Positions 1 through 12,998 of a stretch of DNA of 64,000 nt are shown here, piece by piece. Source of the stretch: Octopus sinensis (Eukaryota); the NCBI RefSeq assembly GCF_006345805.1, contig NC_043012.1, forward strand, positions 57,908,001 through 57,972,000, read 5' to 3'. Under the pieces are notes generated by a model. The model made no database searches, had not been told where the DNA came from, and worked only from the letters and a program-made list of their open reading frames with translations. Numbering within the stretch: position 1 is the stretch's first letter; each line of letters starts with the position of its first letter. The position numbers and the translations under genes were made by a program.

Positions 1-20
1 GTAAAGACAGACAAAATACC

Positions 21-251
21 TGTTTCTTTATTACCCACAAGGGGCTAAACAGAGGGGACAAACAATGACACTCAAACGGATTAAGTCGATTACATCGACC
101 CCAGTGCGTAACTGGTACTTAATTTATCAACCCCAAAAGGATGAAAGGCAAAGTCGACCTCGGCGGAATTTGAACTCAGAGCGTAACGGCAGACGAAATA
201 CGGCTACGCATTTCGCCCGGCGTTCTAACGGTTCTGCCAGCTCGCCGCCTT
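21..251 (-). mobile_element. tRNA-derived SINE, Meta-domain-like family, tail A
   Basis: Reverse complement of the element seen at 4431-4662: head AAGGCGGCGAGCTGGCAGAA, B-box-like GAGTTCAAATTCC, central CTTTGCCTTTCATCCTTT.GGGGT.GATAAATTAAGTACCAG, tail ending AATAAAGAAACA. The similarity of the centre to the MetaSINE Meta domain is from memory. Confidence 0.85.
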
Positions 252-422
252 ATGAGAAATAGATAATCCTTTGTACTATAGGCGCAAGGCCTGAAATTGG
301 GAGGGAGGGTGCCAGTCGATTTGAGCGACTCCAGTACGTTATTGGTACTTAATTTATCGACCCCGAAAGGTAAAGTCGACCTCGTCGGAATCTGAACTCA
401 TTTTCTAATACAAGTAATGGCT

Positions 423-457
<35 letters not shown>

Positions 458-1676
458 CCGTAAAATATTTTTATGCTTTAATATTCATGAATAATTCACT
501 GGTTTGTAGTGATACTTTCGTATCTTATGCATTAAGCAAGGATTAGAGAAAGATAAACATCATTATGTGTAATAATATAGCCTTAATATTCATAACGTAA
601 AGTCATCCTGATTTATTTCGGATTTATTTGTTCATACGATATTCTCTAATTATGAGAGCTACTATTATACATGTCAAGAAAATCTTCTGCTATGGTGATG
701 GTATCGTTGTTTGACAACCAGTGCTGGTTTGTTTACGGCGTAGTCATTTAACGGCACCTTGGGCGAGAATCTTCTATAGCCCCGAAGTAACCAATAGCTT
801 GTGAGGAAATTTGGTAGAGGGGAAATTGTGCGCAAGGCCATCGCGTGTATTTATGCGCGCCCGAGTGCGCGTATACGTTTCTGTATGTGTGTGTGTGCAC
901 GTGTGTATATGTGTGTGTGTATGTCTATGTGAGTCTTTGTGTTTGTGCTTGTCCCTGACTGCCGCTTAGCAACCATTCTTGTTTTTTTTTACGTCATCGT
1001 AACTTCTTTTTGTGTTCGACAGACTTAAAACTACCAGACTTCGAATAATTATTGCGCTCAATTTCTTCGACTGAATTCTTGAAAGCCGTATAAAAAGTTA
1101 GAGTATATATACATATCAATGTCAGCATTATCATCTTTGGTTTCTCTTATTCTTAGGTCATGATCTGGAAATATATTTTCAGATTTAAGCACAGATTACT
1201 CCCTCATGCTATGCATCGAAGACATCTTTTTTGTGAACATCCACCTGAGTCTCTTACACACAACGTTACCTAACGCATGCTTCGTCTTATTTTCGTAAGA
1301 CGGTAGGATGAAATACAAGGTAGATTTGGCTACTATTTCCAGCATATCAGAAAATGCGCATGAAGGCTCTTACATAACGCTTTGAGGCGGGAAATGTGTT
1401 TAGTAGATTTGAAATTTTCCGATAAGTTGGCTTAAATTGCAAGAAAGCAAAATTGATCATTAATATCTTCAAACGAAACACAGGATCAATTTATTATAAC
1501 TTGCAGCTAAGGAAAGCAAAATTGAGAATTCCACAGATAAAAGAAGCCTCACTCGTGACCACTCATTGATTTCATATAAGCTGACACAGCACTCTGTAAA
1601 TCTAGGTTTCTGGACTCTTCAACGATCACCAGATATTATTACATGTGCTAACTGGATATTATTACATCATCTCAAA

Positions 1677-2236
1677 AACGGCGAGCTGGCAGAATCATTA
1701 GCATGCCAAGTAAAATACTTAGCGGTATTTCGTCTGCCGCCACGTTCTGAGTTCAAATTCTGCCGAGGTCGACTTTGCCTGTCATACTTTCGGGGTCGAT
1801 TAAATAAGTACCATTTACGCACTGGGGTCGATATAATCGACTTAATCCGTTTGTCTGTCCTTGTTTGTACCCTCTGTGTGTAGCCCCTTGTGGGCAGTAA
1901 AGAAATAGGTATTTCGTCTGCCGCTACGTTCTGAGTTCAAATTCCGCTGAGGTCAACTTTCCCTTTCATCCTTTCGGGGTCGATTAAATAAGTACCAATT
2001 ACGCACTGGGGTCGATAAAATCGACTTAATCCGTTTGTCTGTCCTTGTTTGTCCTCTCTGTGTTTAGCCCCTTGGGGGTAGTGAGGAAATAGGTATTTCT
2101 TTTGTCTTTATGTTCTGAGTTCAAATTCCGTTGAGGTTGACTTTGCCTTTCACTTACCAGTTGCGTCCTGGGGTCGATCTAATCGACTGTCCCCTCCCCT
2201 ATAATTTCAGGCCTTGTGCCTAGAGTAGAAAATAAT
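1677..2236 (+). mobile_element. Nest of three Meta-like SINE units (tail A, tail A, tail B)
   Basis: Units 1677-1907, 1908-2091 and 2092-2236. The second and third units start at GGTATTTC directly after a tail-A end. The last unit ends in the alternative tail (CCCCTCCCC...GGCCTTGTGCCTAGAGTAGAAA). Confidence 0.85.
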
Positions 2237-3278
2237 AAGTGGAAACTTTCCAGAACTCGCGAATCTCGAGATCCGCGATTTAATAATAATCACATCTACC
2301 GGTACTTCGCATTTTTATTCGGCATAAGACTAGCAATTTTAAGATAAGGTCGGTATAGTCGATACCATTGAATCTAGTACAATACTTGTGCTTTATTTAA
2401 TCGACCCTGGAAGGAAGAAAAACCAAGATGACCTGAACTGATTTAAAATCAGGCGTGAAGAATCAGAAGAAATTCCACATGACATTTTTGTCAGAAGCTC
2501 TTACATTTCTACCATTCCACTAATCCCGTCCAAAGCTGCAATAAAAATCAAGCACACCGAAAGAAAATTATTTTTGAGAACTCATTTGGAATGATGAAAT
2601 TAAATAAAAGAGAAGAGAAATACGAGTATTTACTGTGAATATTACAGTCCATTTGAAGAAGGCGATATCTCTGGATAATGACTAAAAAATTATAGCTCCA
2701 ACGATTTTGTTTGGTTTTGCAAGGAACGAAGAATTTGTCACATTTTGACAGTTGTCAACAACCACGGACTGGAAGAATTAACTAGAGTCAGAAAACTGGT
2801 TAGGGCTAGTTAATGTGGAATAAAACGTAACGAGAGAGGGTGAAATGCGAGTTGATTGACTGCAGGTGTAATGGATAATGAGACACGTGTGGCTTTAATA
2901 ACTGGATCTAAAAGTGGTGCAGTAAAATTCACTGGATATCTGTTTGACAAGTAATTAGTTTGCAGTGAGTGTACATTAAGAGGGTTAAGAAAGATTGAGA
3001 TTTCTGCATTAAACAGAGCTTGTTATTTTCCCTCTCTCTCTCTCAAAATGGTTTCTAATCTCGACTCAAGGCCAGGAATTTTGCCTGAAGGTGATTAGTC
3101 GGTAAGGACATCGACCTAGGTAATTGACGGGTACTTTAATTTAACAACCCCGGAGTGACGAAAAGCAAAGCTGACATCGGAGGAAATTGAAATTACAACG
3201 TAGCGAGTCGGAAGAATTGACACAATGCATATTTTTTCGAAGTTCTAACGATACTGCTAATGCATTATATGTTTGTCA

Positions 3279-3832
3279 TAAGGCGGCGAGCTGGCAGAAA
3301 CGTTAGCACGCCGGGCGAAATGCTTAGCAGTATTTCGTCTGCCGTTACATTCTGAGTCGCCGAGGTCGACCTTGCCAGTTTCGCATTGGGGTCGATATAA
3401 TCGACTTAATCCGTTTGTCTCTCTTTGTTTGTCCTCTCTGTGTGTAGCCCCTTCTGGGTAGTAAAGAAATAGGTATTTCGTCTGTCTTTACGTTCTGTGG
3501 TCGACTTTGCCTTTCATCCTTTCGGGGTCAATAAATTAAGTACCAGTTACGCACTGGGGTCGATGTAGTCGACTTAATCCCATTGTCTGTCCTTGTTTTT
3601 CCCTTCTATGTTTAGCCCCTTGTGGGCAAGAAAGAAATAAGAAACTCTAGCACGCCGGGCAAAATGCTTAGCGGTATTTCGTCTATCTTTACGTTCTAAG
3701 TTCAAATTCCGCCGAGGTCGACTTTACCTTTCATCCTTTCGGGGGTCGATAAAATAAGTACCAGTAGCGTACTGGGGTCGATCTAATCGACTGTACTCCC
3801 TCCCTCTAAATTTCAGGATTTGTGCCTATTGT
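3279..3832 (+). mobile_element. Nest of three Meta-like SINE units (tail A, tail A, tail B)
   Basis: Units 3279-3471, 3472-3639 and 3640-3832. Junctions are AAAGAAATA|GGTATTTCG and AAAGAAATA|AGAAAC. Confidence 0.85.
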
Positions 3833-3920
3833 ATTGGGTTGTCCGGAAAGTTGGCGCCGATTTATAGATCTTATCTTTCTTGTGCTTTTAAATATACACC
3901 TTTTTAAATATGCACTGAGA

Positions 3921-4285
3921 TGGATCTAATCGACTTAATCCCCTTGTCTGTCCTTGTTTGTCCCCTCAGTGTGTTTAGTCCCTTGTGGGCAACAAAGAAA
4001 TAAGAAACTGAAAGAAGCCCGTTGTATATGTGTGTATGTGAGTTTGTGTATGTGAGTGTATGTTTGTGTGTCTGTGTTTGTCCCCCACCACTGCTTCACA
4101 ACCACTGTTGGTGTGTTTGCGTCCCTGCAACCTAGCGGTTCGGCAAAAGAGACCAATGGAATAAGTACCAGACATAAAATATAATTTAAAAAAACACACC
4201 GGAGTAAATTCGATCGACTAAAATTCTTCAAGGTGGTGCCCCAGTTTGGTCGCTGTCTAATGACTGAAAGAAATAAAAAGATAGA
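3921..4285 (+). mobile_element. Tail-A SINE fragment joined to the 3' half of a CORE-like SINE
   Basis: Tail A runs 3921-4002. It is followed by AGAAACTGAAAGAAGCCCG, a (TG)-rich tract and the CGGTTCGGCAAAAGAGACC module also present at 8985-9390. Confidence 0.75.
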
Positions 4286-4430
4286 CGCCACTTCTTCCAG
4301 AGGGGGAAAAAAACCTCCTAAAATGGAATGAAATAAACAATGCGTTAGGTTACTTATTGTGAGAGAAAATGACAAAGCAGTTACCACGGGTTAAAGAGTT
4401 GGACCAACGCTATTCAGATTCACGTAAGAA

Positions 4431-4662
4431 AGGCGGCGAGCTGGCAGAAACGTTAGCACGCCGGGCGAAATGCGTAGCCGTATTTCGTCTGCCGTTACGT
4501 TCTGAGTTCAAATTCCGTCGAGGTCGACTTTGCCTTTCATCCTTTCGGGGTCGATAAATTAAGTACCAGTTACGCACTGGGGTCGATGTAATCGACTTAA
4601 TCCGTTTGTCTGTCCTTGTTTGTCCCCTGTGTGTTTAGCCCCTTGTGGGTAGTAAAGAAATA
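4431..4662 (+). mobile_element. Full-length Meta-like SINE (tail A) with target-site duplication
   Basis: Flanked by TATTCAGATTCA(C/G)GTAAGAA at 4411-4430 and from 4663, with one mismatch. Confidence 0.9.
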
Positions 4663-5484
4663 TATTCAGATTCAGGTAAGAAAGAGAAAAAAGATCTATT
4701 ACATACAGCAATCTCTCAACCAAAAGGTTTGCTATCCTCACTCATCTCTCTCTCTTTCCCTCGCTGTTTTGTATTCCTTAACTTGTAACTATTACATATT
4801 TATCTCCCTGTATTTTTTGTTCTTACTTTTTCTAAGCCACAAACATTCATTGCTGGGTTTTGCATGTGTTTCATTGTCCGTAGTAAAACCATCTTACCTG
4901 TGGACATATACTCGCTAATCTGTAACCACGAAAGAGTTAATAACTGCCATTAATAATATTGCTTCTGTTCTGACGATCTTTCCTTATTCTTTTGCCTCGC
5001 ATTAATTCGATGTTTTAACCTCCGACATTTCTTTACAATGAAAAGTGAAGATGTTTAAATATACTGAAAAATATTCGCTCCATACGCTCTTTTGTGTTTC
5101 TATTAATTCTCGTCTCGAGTTTATAGCCAAACATACTGAGCGAGTTTTCGATGAAGCTTTACACTGAGGTAAAGCGGAGACAAAGAAGACCAAAAAAGAA
5201 ACAGTAAGAGAAAGAGAGGGAGAGAAAATATGGGGGGATAAACAGAGAGTGAGAGAGAAAGGAAACAAAAAAAAAAAGAAATATGGCGGAGGGGGAGGAA
5301 CACAGAGGGAGAGAGGGAGAGATAGATAGATCATGAGACTTACAGTGTAGCTATAGGATAGATGATGATTGAATTCTCATACAAAAAAAATTGAATCGTG
5401 TGCTTTCACTTTCGCTATTTCGCTATCGCTTTAACTTGGGCTTTCGGCAATAAGTTTTCTCGAAGGCCTTGACTAAATTCGTTA

Positions 5485-5994
<510 letters not shown>

Positions 5995-6210
5995 CCAATA
6001 ATATTAGCACAAAGTTTCTAGTTTCTGCTATTTTATTTTCGCTATTACACTAAAGAGAATATAGCTCAAAGGGATGTGTACATAATAACATACCATAATA
6101 AACTGACTGTGTTATTATTGATGTTGTTATTATTATTACTGTTGGTGGTGGAGGCAGTGGTGGTCTTGGTTGTAGAGCATTAGTTGTCGTCGTTGTTGTT
6201 ATTATTATTA

Positions 6211-6248
<38 letters not shown>

Positions 6249-6477
6249 GACAGTATTGGGACTGAGAACTGGAAAATGAAAATATAGTTTATTTCCATTA
6301 ACTCTGAAGACTCCAGACAAAAAAAAAATAACAAAATAAATAAATAAATAAATAAGATAAAACAAAACAAAAGCAAATGCAAAAAAAAAAAGCACGGAAA
6401 ATCGACAACAACTTTTTCTCTTCAGATAGCAGGAGTGTTCAATAATTCGTATGACTGCAGTCTCTGTTGAGACTCGG

Positions 6478-6892
<415 letters not shown>

Positions 6893-7444
6893 TTGAAGTA
6901 GTTCCACGATGAGAGAGAACGATTTTTCAGAATAGAACCACCTACAGCTCCCGTAACCATTGATAGAACATTTGTCTCGTTTTCTTCAGATTTCTGATAT
7001 CTCTAGCCTACATTTCTCGAACTTCCTTATATATCATTTCATCCCTTATGACCCTTCCCTACCAAAACTTCATAGCAAATACGAAAATAAAAACATTATT
7101 GGCAGCCATAATATCGGTTTGAAATCCCAACACGTTGTATTTCTTTATTTCCTTTTTGCCCAAATTCACAATGTTCTGATATCACTAGTATTCTATGCGA
7201 AACTTGAGCTACATATCGTTTGAATAGAGTTTCGACTGGCGGTATGAGAGAACTGTGTCACGGTAGATACTATTTTCCGTCAGGTTTGTATTATTTGCTG
7301 CTGTTGTTTATGTGCAGGTCAGCCAGGAATCGATTAAACATATGATCGAAAACATGCCTGCTATTCGTACTCTCTGTGTATCTAGAACTATATTTCATAA
7401 TGTGTTTAGTGCCGTTCGGTTTTGTAAGAAGACAGGTTGCAATT

Positions 7445-7751
7445 TGAAGGAGACTTTTAAAACGCTCTTTTCAAGCCTAGCCACGCTCATGGGTCCGGTT
7501 TCTGTGGCGTATGTGTCCCCCACCCAGCTGGACAGAACACCAGTCCATCGCAGCGTTACTCAAGAAACAGGGAGAGTGAGAGAAAGTTGTGACGAAAGAG
7601 TACAAACAGAGGTGCCCCCCCCCGCCGGAGTCTCGTGAAGCTTTTAGGTGTTTTCGCTCAATAAACACACGCAACACCCGGTCTGGGAATCGAAACCGCG
7701 ATCTTCCGGCCGCGACTCCGCTGCCCTAACCGCTGGGCCATTGCGCCTCCA
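7445..7751 (-). mobile_element. tRNA-derived SINE, chimeric head and tail
   Basis: Head and body match 8177-8370 (TGGAGGCGCAATGGCCCAG.GGTTAGGGCAGCGG, GTTTCGATTCCCAGACC). The tail GAGTAACGCTGCGATGGACTGG...CTAGGCTTGAAAAG matches the 14390-14640 family. Confidence 0.8.
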
Positions 7752-8176
7752 TGAGGGAGACTTTGGATGTTATTATTAGCAGCGTGAGCGACGCGGTAAA
7801 GGATTCTTCATGATCTCCATTTTTATCGCCTCATTTATTATCTCATTGTTTCCCAGTTGTCTTATTTGCCTTTTCCTTCGTCGTTCCTTTTGTTTCCCTT
7901 GTTTTTTTTCTATCCCCACCCCTTGTTATCCCCTTCGTTTTCCTTTTATTGGCTCCTTTATTGATTCCTTATATCTGTTATACTCTCCTTAGTTATCTCC
8001 CTTGTGAACTCCTTTGTAGTTTTGTTGCGATGCCACTAATATTTGTGAAATCGGTTGAATCTTTCGCACGCCGGGAAAAATGCTTAGCGGCCCTTCATTC
8101 GTCTTTAAATTCTGTGTTCAAATTCCACCGAGGTCGACTTTGCTTTCATAATCTCGAAGTAGATAATATAAGTACG

Positions 8177-8560
8177 GTGGAGGCGCAATGGCCCAGTGGT
8201 TAGGGCAGCGGACTCGCGGTCATAGGATCGCGGCTTCGATTCCCAGACCGGGCGTTGTGAGGGTTTATTGAGCGAAAACACCTAAAGCTCCACGAGGCTC
8301 CGGCAGGGGGTGGTGGCAATCCCTGCTGCACTCTTTCACCACAACTTTCTCTCACTCTTACTTCCTGTTTCTGTTGTACCTGTATTTCAAAGGGCCGGCC
8401 TTGTCACTCCCTGTGTCACGCTGAATATCCCCGAGAACCACGTTATGGGTACACGTGTCTGTGGAGTGCTCAGCCACTTACACGTTAATTTCACGAGCTG
8501 GCTCTTCCGTTGATTCGGATCAACCGGAACCCTCGCCGTCGTAACCGACGGAGTGCTTCC
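8177..8560 (+). mobile_element. tRNA-derived SINE inserted into a Meta-like SINE
   Basis: A-box and B-box-like motifs in the head. Perfect 12-bp TSD AATATAAGTACG at 8165-8176 and 8561-8572. The host SINE continues on both sides (about 8060-8650). Confidence 0.9.
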
Positions 8561-8984
8561 AATATAAGTACGAGATGAGCACTGAGATCGCAGTAATCGG
8601 TTTACTCCGCCCTTGAAATTAATGTGCTTGTGCCAAAATTTAAAACCAATATTTGTCTGAAAAAGGAATGTTAAAAATGAGTCATGTTAACATCAGTAAA
8701 ATTCCCCTAAGAATATATTTCAGATTCTAACTATTCCAGTTGCAAGAATCCAAAATATATTAACGAGAAACTAGACACATCGATAGTGCATCTGACGTCA
8801 ATAAAAGATGTTGTCACTCAACGTTTGGAAAGAACAATTAAGTATTCTTCAGATCATATTTTCCCATCTTAGTACTCGAAGTGTTGGAGTTCTTGCTTCT
8901 CAATACATAGTAACTAGACGGGTTGTTAGCACTGCGTATATCGGTTTTGTCTTTGGCAGCAACTGTTATTTCCTATTTGGTTTA

Positions 8985-9390
8985 TAGGCGCAGGAGTGGC
9001 TGTGTCGTAAGTAGCTTGCTTACCAACCACATGGTTCGAGGTTTAGTCTCACTGCGTGGCACCCTGGGCAAGTGTCTTCTACTATAGCCTCGGGCCGATC
9101 AAAGCCTTCTGAGTGGATTTGGTAGACGGAAACTAAATGAAGCTTGTCGTATATATATATATATATATATATATAGACATTTATGTATATGATTGTGTGT
9201 CTGTGCTTGTCCCCCAACATCGCTTGACAACCGATGCTGGTGTGTTTACATCGCTGTCACTTAGCGGTTCGGCAAGAGAGAATGATAGAATGAGTACTAG
9301 GCTTACAAGGAATATGCCCTGGGGTCGATTTGCTTGACTAAATGCGGTGCTCCAGCAAGGCCACAGTCAAATGACCGAAACAAATAAAAC
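8985..9390 (+). mobile_element. CORE-like SINE with internal (TA)n tract
   Basis: tRNA-like head, GGCACCCTGGGCAAGTGTCTTCTACTATAGCC (MIR/CORE-like), (TA)n at about 9148-9175, then a 3' module ending GGTGCTCCAGCA.GGCCACAGTCAAATGAC. Further copies at about 735-1080, 13880-14010, 27390-27525, 27870-28035, 30160-30510, 48835-49330, 54140-54510 and 56093-56411. Confidence 0.85.
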
Positions 9391-10568
9391 AATTAAACCT
9401 AGAAAATATGAAAAATGGTTAATATTTCCTTCAAACTTCGCTTTTGTTACATTTATTCAAACCCCTTAGAATTCCTCTCAAGAAATGGCTATGGTGCTCT
9501 CCCACTACTCTTGTTCATGATCAGAGATGCACATATTGTCAAAGAGCGAGGGACATGTTTAAATTGTTAAGGTCAAGCAACTGACGATCAAATCTGTGGT
9601 ACTGCGCAGAATATTTACTATAACGCTGTTTCTGCTTCAGAGCTAAATCTGTATAAAATGTTATAGAAAATATGTCAGTTTCAAAACATTGATGTCCAGG
9701 TCAAATAACCGAAGCTTGAAGGGAATGGTAGTCATTTCATTTGATTTCTAGATAACAAATAAAGAATAAAACTTATTGACCAAAGACGAAAAAAATTTTT
9801 TAAAGTATAAACGTTGTTATACAATGTGATTGATCTACAGCATCGTGGTTGACATGCGGTTTAATAAAAACAACAACCTCAGAGATATGCTCTTGGATAT
9901 TTGATAGTTTCGTCAGATTTTTAAAGCTCATAATTTCAGTGAGAAAATTTAATCTAATGTGGACAAAAATCTTTCACGCAGACGGGACAGCAAAGCAACA
10001 ATATTTGACATATTCAAACAAGACATCGTTGCGAATTATATAGCGAAGAATATAGAATATCTATAATTTATGCAATATTGTTGACGGATATCACCGATGT
10101 CGTTTATATTCTATCGTGATGTTTGTTATCTATGTATCAGAATTAATTCCCACAAAATATAATTGGAGATATAGCATACAATAGAACGGCATAGTAAAAC
10201 ATCATTGAACGTCTGGCAACTCACTTTTATATTCGTAAAGAATACGTCACGTGGTTCTCATGTGGAACCAGTTTTTGCCCGTTTTATGTGAGATTATTCC
10301 GATTTCCAATTCGATTTACTTTGTGAATTAAGCTAAAGGAAATTTTTTGTGGATACACACACACACACACACACATATAGTAATTTACCGCTGTCTGGAG
10401 GATGGAAAACTAAGCGGTAATACTCAAACGACCACAAGCGCACACACACATACACATACATACACACACTCACACCGATACATGCATACGTATGTGAATA
10501 TGTATATCTGTATATATCTATATATGCACATATATAGTTGGAATTTACAAAAAGAAAAGAACAAAAAG

Positions 10569-10735
10569 AAGACGAAGACGGGTGTGTAAGCAACAAACAG
10601 ATGTGTGTGTGTGTGTATATATATAATGTACATATTTTACTGAACCTATATATATATATATATAGGTTCAGTAAAATATGTACATTATATATATACACAC
10701 CCACATTTGTTTGTTGCTTACACACCCGTCTTCGT

Positions 10736-10738
<3 letters not shown>
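10569..10738. repeat. 170-bp near-perfect palindrome centred on (TA)9
   Basis: AAGACGAAGACGGGTGTGTAAGCAACAAAC...ACTGAACC-(TA)9-GGTTCAGT...GTTTGTTGCTTACACACCCGTCTTCGTCTT. Confidence 0.9.
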
Positions 10739-10778
<40 letters not shown>

Positions 10779-11229
10779 TATATTATATATATATATATAT
10801 ATATTATAGATATATATATATATAAATTAATGTTTTGAAGACAGCATTGGTATTATTCGAGAAGAAATAAAATGGTATAAAACAATGCAATCTTCTCATC
10901 AGGGATGGAAAGAAACCAAGCGCATCAATAAGAGATTTTAACAGAATGTGATGACTGCGTATATGATGAAAGGAACACTATCAATTTTTTTTTTTAACCG
11001 TTAGCAGATATAAAGTTAGTTTATAGAAAGAGAAAGAAAGACATTAGCAGAAAACCAATATTGGAGAGTTACAGAGCGATAGGTGAATTAGAATAAAGGT
11101 TAAAGGCATGGAAGTAGATATATTTAGTGGAAGTGTAATGTAAGAAGACAGTCAAAGGTCGAATTTTATAGAATGGTAGAAATCACTAATAGGAACTAAA
11201 GGTATGTTTCTGTCAATGTCTGCAACGGT

Positions 11230-11900
11230 AAACGCGTTCTATAAACGTGTTTACAGGGGGATTCTTTGAGAATAGGAAGAAAAACATTTCACTATTACAA
11301 AATGAGCAAAAAAGATTTACTTTTGTCATAAGGTAAAGAAATAGAGAGGATATTCCATTCCAAATTAAATTGTTTATTATGATCTTTTAGATACCAGATT
11401 AATTTACTAAACCCAATATTGTTACGTTTCTTGATGTCTAAATGTAGAGTAATGATTAGATATTCTTTTGGACCAGTGAGATGAAGAACTATCTATATAT
11501 AAAAAAAGACGTCAGAACCGGAAGTAATTTTACATTGATAAATAGAGTTTCTAGTCTTAGAATTACTGCTAAGAAAACGAATGTGATTGGAGTTGACATT
11601 AATCACACTGTTATTATTATTCAAAGAATGGTTAGTTTTAACAAAATTACTGTTAGTATTTTCATTAAGTGCATTTGTGTTTAACAAATTATTATTATGC
11701 GAAGAGATGATTCATGGAAGATTTTTTGTGTTAGAAAAACCTATCCTAACGCGGTGTGAGTTGATAATCGAATAGGATCTTGGATTTCTTGGGAAATTAT
11801 TTTCCATAGCATCAAGAAACTGGTAAGGGAGGTTGGATTTGATCTGCTTACCATATGGAATTATTAACCAAACAGTTTTGCAGAGACATACCTTGTTATG
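11230..11900 (-). mobile_element. Decayed Penelope-like element: RT-EN linker and GIY-YIG endonuclease
   Basis: Minus-strand translation across stops gives TVWLIIPYGKQIKSNLPYQFLDAMENNFP...NSHRVRIGFSNTKNL, SIYQCKI...FFYIDSSS...KRISNHYSTFRH and FSKLIWYLKD...FNLEWNIL, matching the layout of PLE C-termini. Confidence 0.7.
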
Positions 11901-12449
11901 AGGGTAATTACCCTTCAAAATTCCTCGATGTACCTTTTTAAGGCGAAAAGGGTCTAAAGAACGGTTATCTCCCTTACGCTGCAGAAATACATTGCTCGAT
12001 TTGGTGTTGTTATTCGAATTGAAAATAAAATTGTTAATATCGTTACAACTTTACCCAGACTTGTACCTAGGAGGGAAATTTCTTGGTGCTATCCCATGAT
12101 CATTCATGACTTCACGGGGTCTTTACCCTTTACTTTTTACCCCACGTCATACAAGAAAAAAATGTCTTGAGTGGAATGGTTGAAAGACAATAGAAAAAAT
12201 TGTTTACATTTGTCTGAAAACAGTGGCAAGCTGAATCAGATAGACTTGCTCAAGGAACAAGTGAATGGCATCGGTTTTTGAAGCAGGCAACAGGTTTGAA
12301 TTAATGGTCACAATATTCAATGCCTGGTTTAGAGCCATAAACGTCGACAAGTGGAAGAAATGTATCATTTCTATATTATCACAGGAAGAAGAATTGAGGC
12401 ATTAGTCAAAACGACTCTGATCTTATTCGACTCTTCCCTTTTATACATA

Positions 12450-12760
12450 TACCATAAGGATATTAAACAGGTATGGTGATAATACACATCCTTGACTTAC
12501 ACCTCTTGTGATCTCTGCTGGTTCTGACAATCCTATTGACTATTTTGATAGCTGTATTTTGGTTCCAATATAACAAACAAAAATTCCGATGTCTTTTCCT
12601 TTCAAGCGGCTTTTTCTAGAGAGGTGACGAGACCTTCGCTGTCTGTGCAGTTGAATGCCTTGACATAATCGATAAAGCAATCAAATAGACCTATCCGTAC
12701 TTGCATTTGCTTTTGTGCTAGAACGTTCAACTAAATGCCAATATAAATTACCGTATCGTA
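12450..12760 (-). mobile_element. RTE-type LINE reverse-transcriptase fragment
   Basis: Minus strand encodes CFIDYVKAFN and YWNQNTAIK...EITRGVSQGCVLSPYLFN (RT motifs), with frameshifts. Confidence 0.75.
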
Positions 12761-12998
12761 AACTGTTTGAAATGATATTCTTTAATACAGTGTTTCATAT
12801 AACTCTGGATTAGATCGATCTTCATGTTTTTGTGTACTGAAATCTCAAGGTTGTCATATCCAGTTGGAGAATAGAGTTTGTTTTAAGGCGATTTTGCTTA
12901 GAAACAATAGAATGTTACTCCTTAAAGATGATTAGAAACATAATTATGAGTAGCAAAGAAGCATAAATGCTTCAACTATGCAAGAATGTATAACGAAT

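Noticed and set aside
65-262. Short ORFs such as IKSITSTPVRNWYLI that recur across the window
   Set aside because: Antisense translations of the Meta-like SINE.
8177-8250. tRNA-like sequences in SINE heads (also 36446, 62765)
   Set aside because: They have A/B boxes but continue into SINE bodies and lack a complete acceptor stem; not tRNA genes.
10851-10905. Minus-strand CTGATGA...CTCGAA near the Penelope relic
   Set aside because: GAAA is not intact and I found no stem I or stem III pairing; too weak to call a hammerhead.
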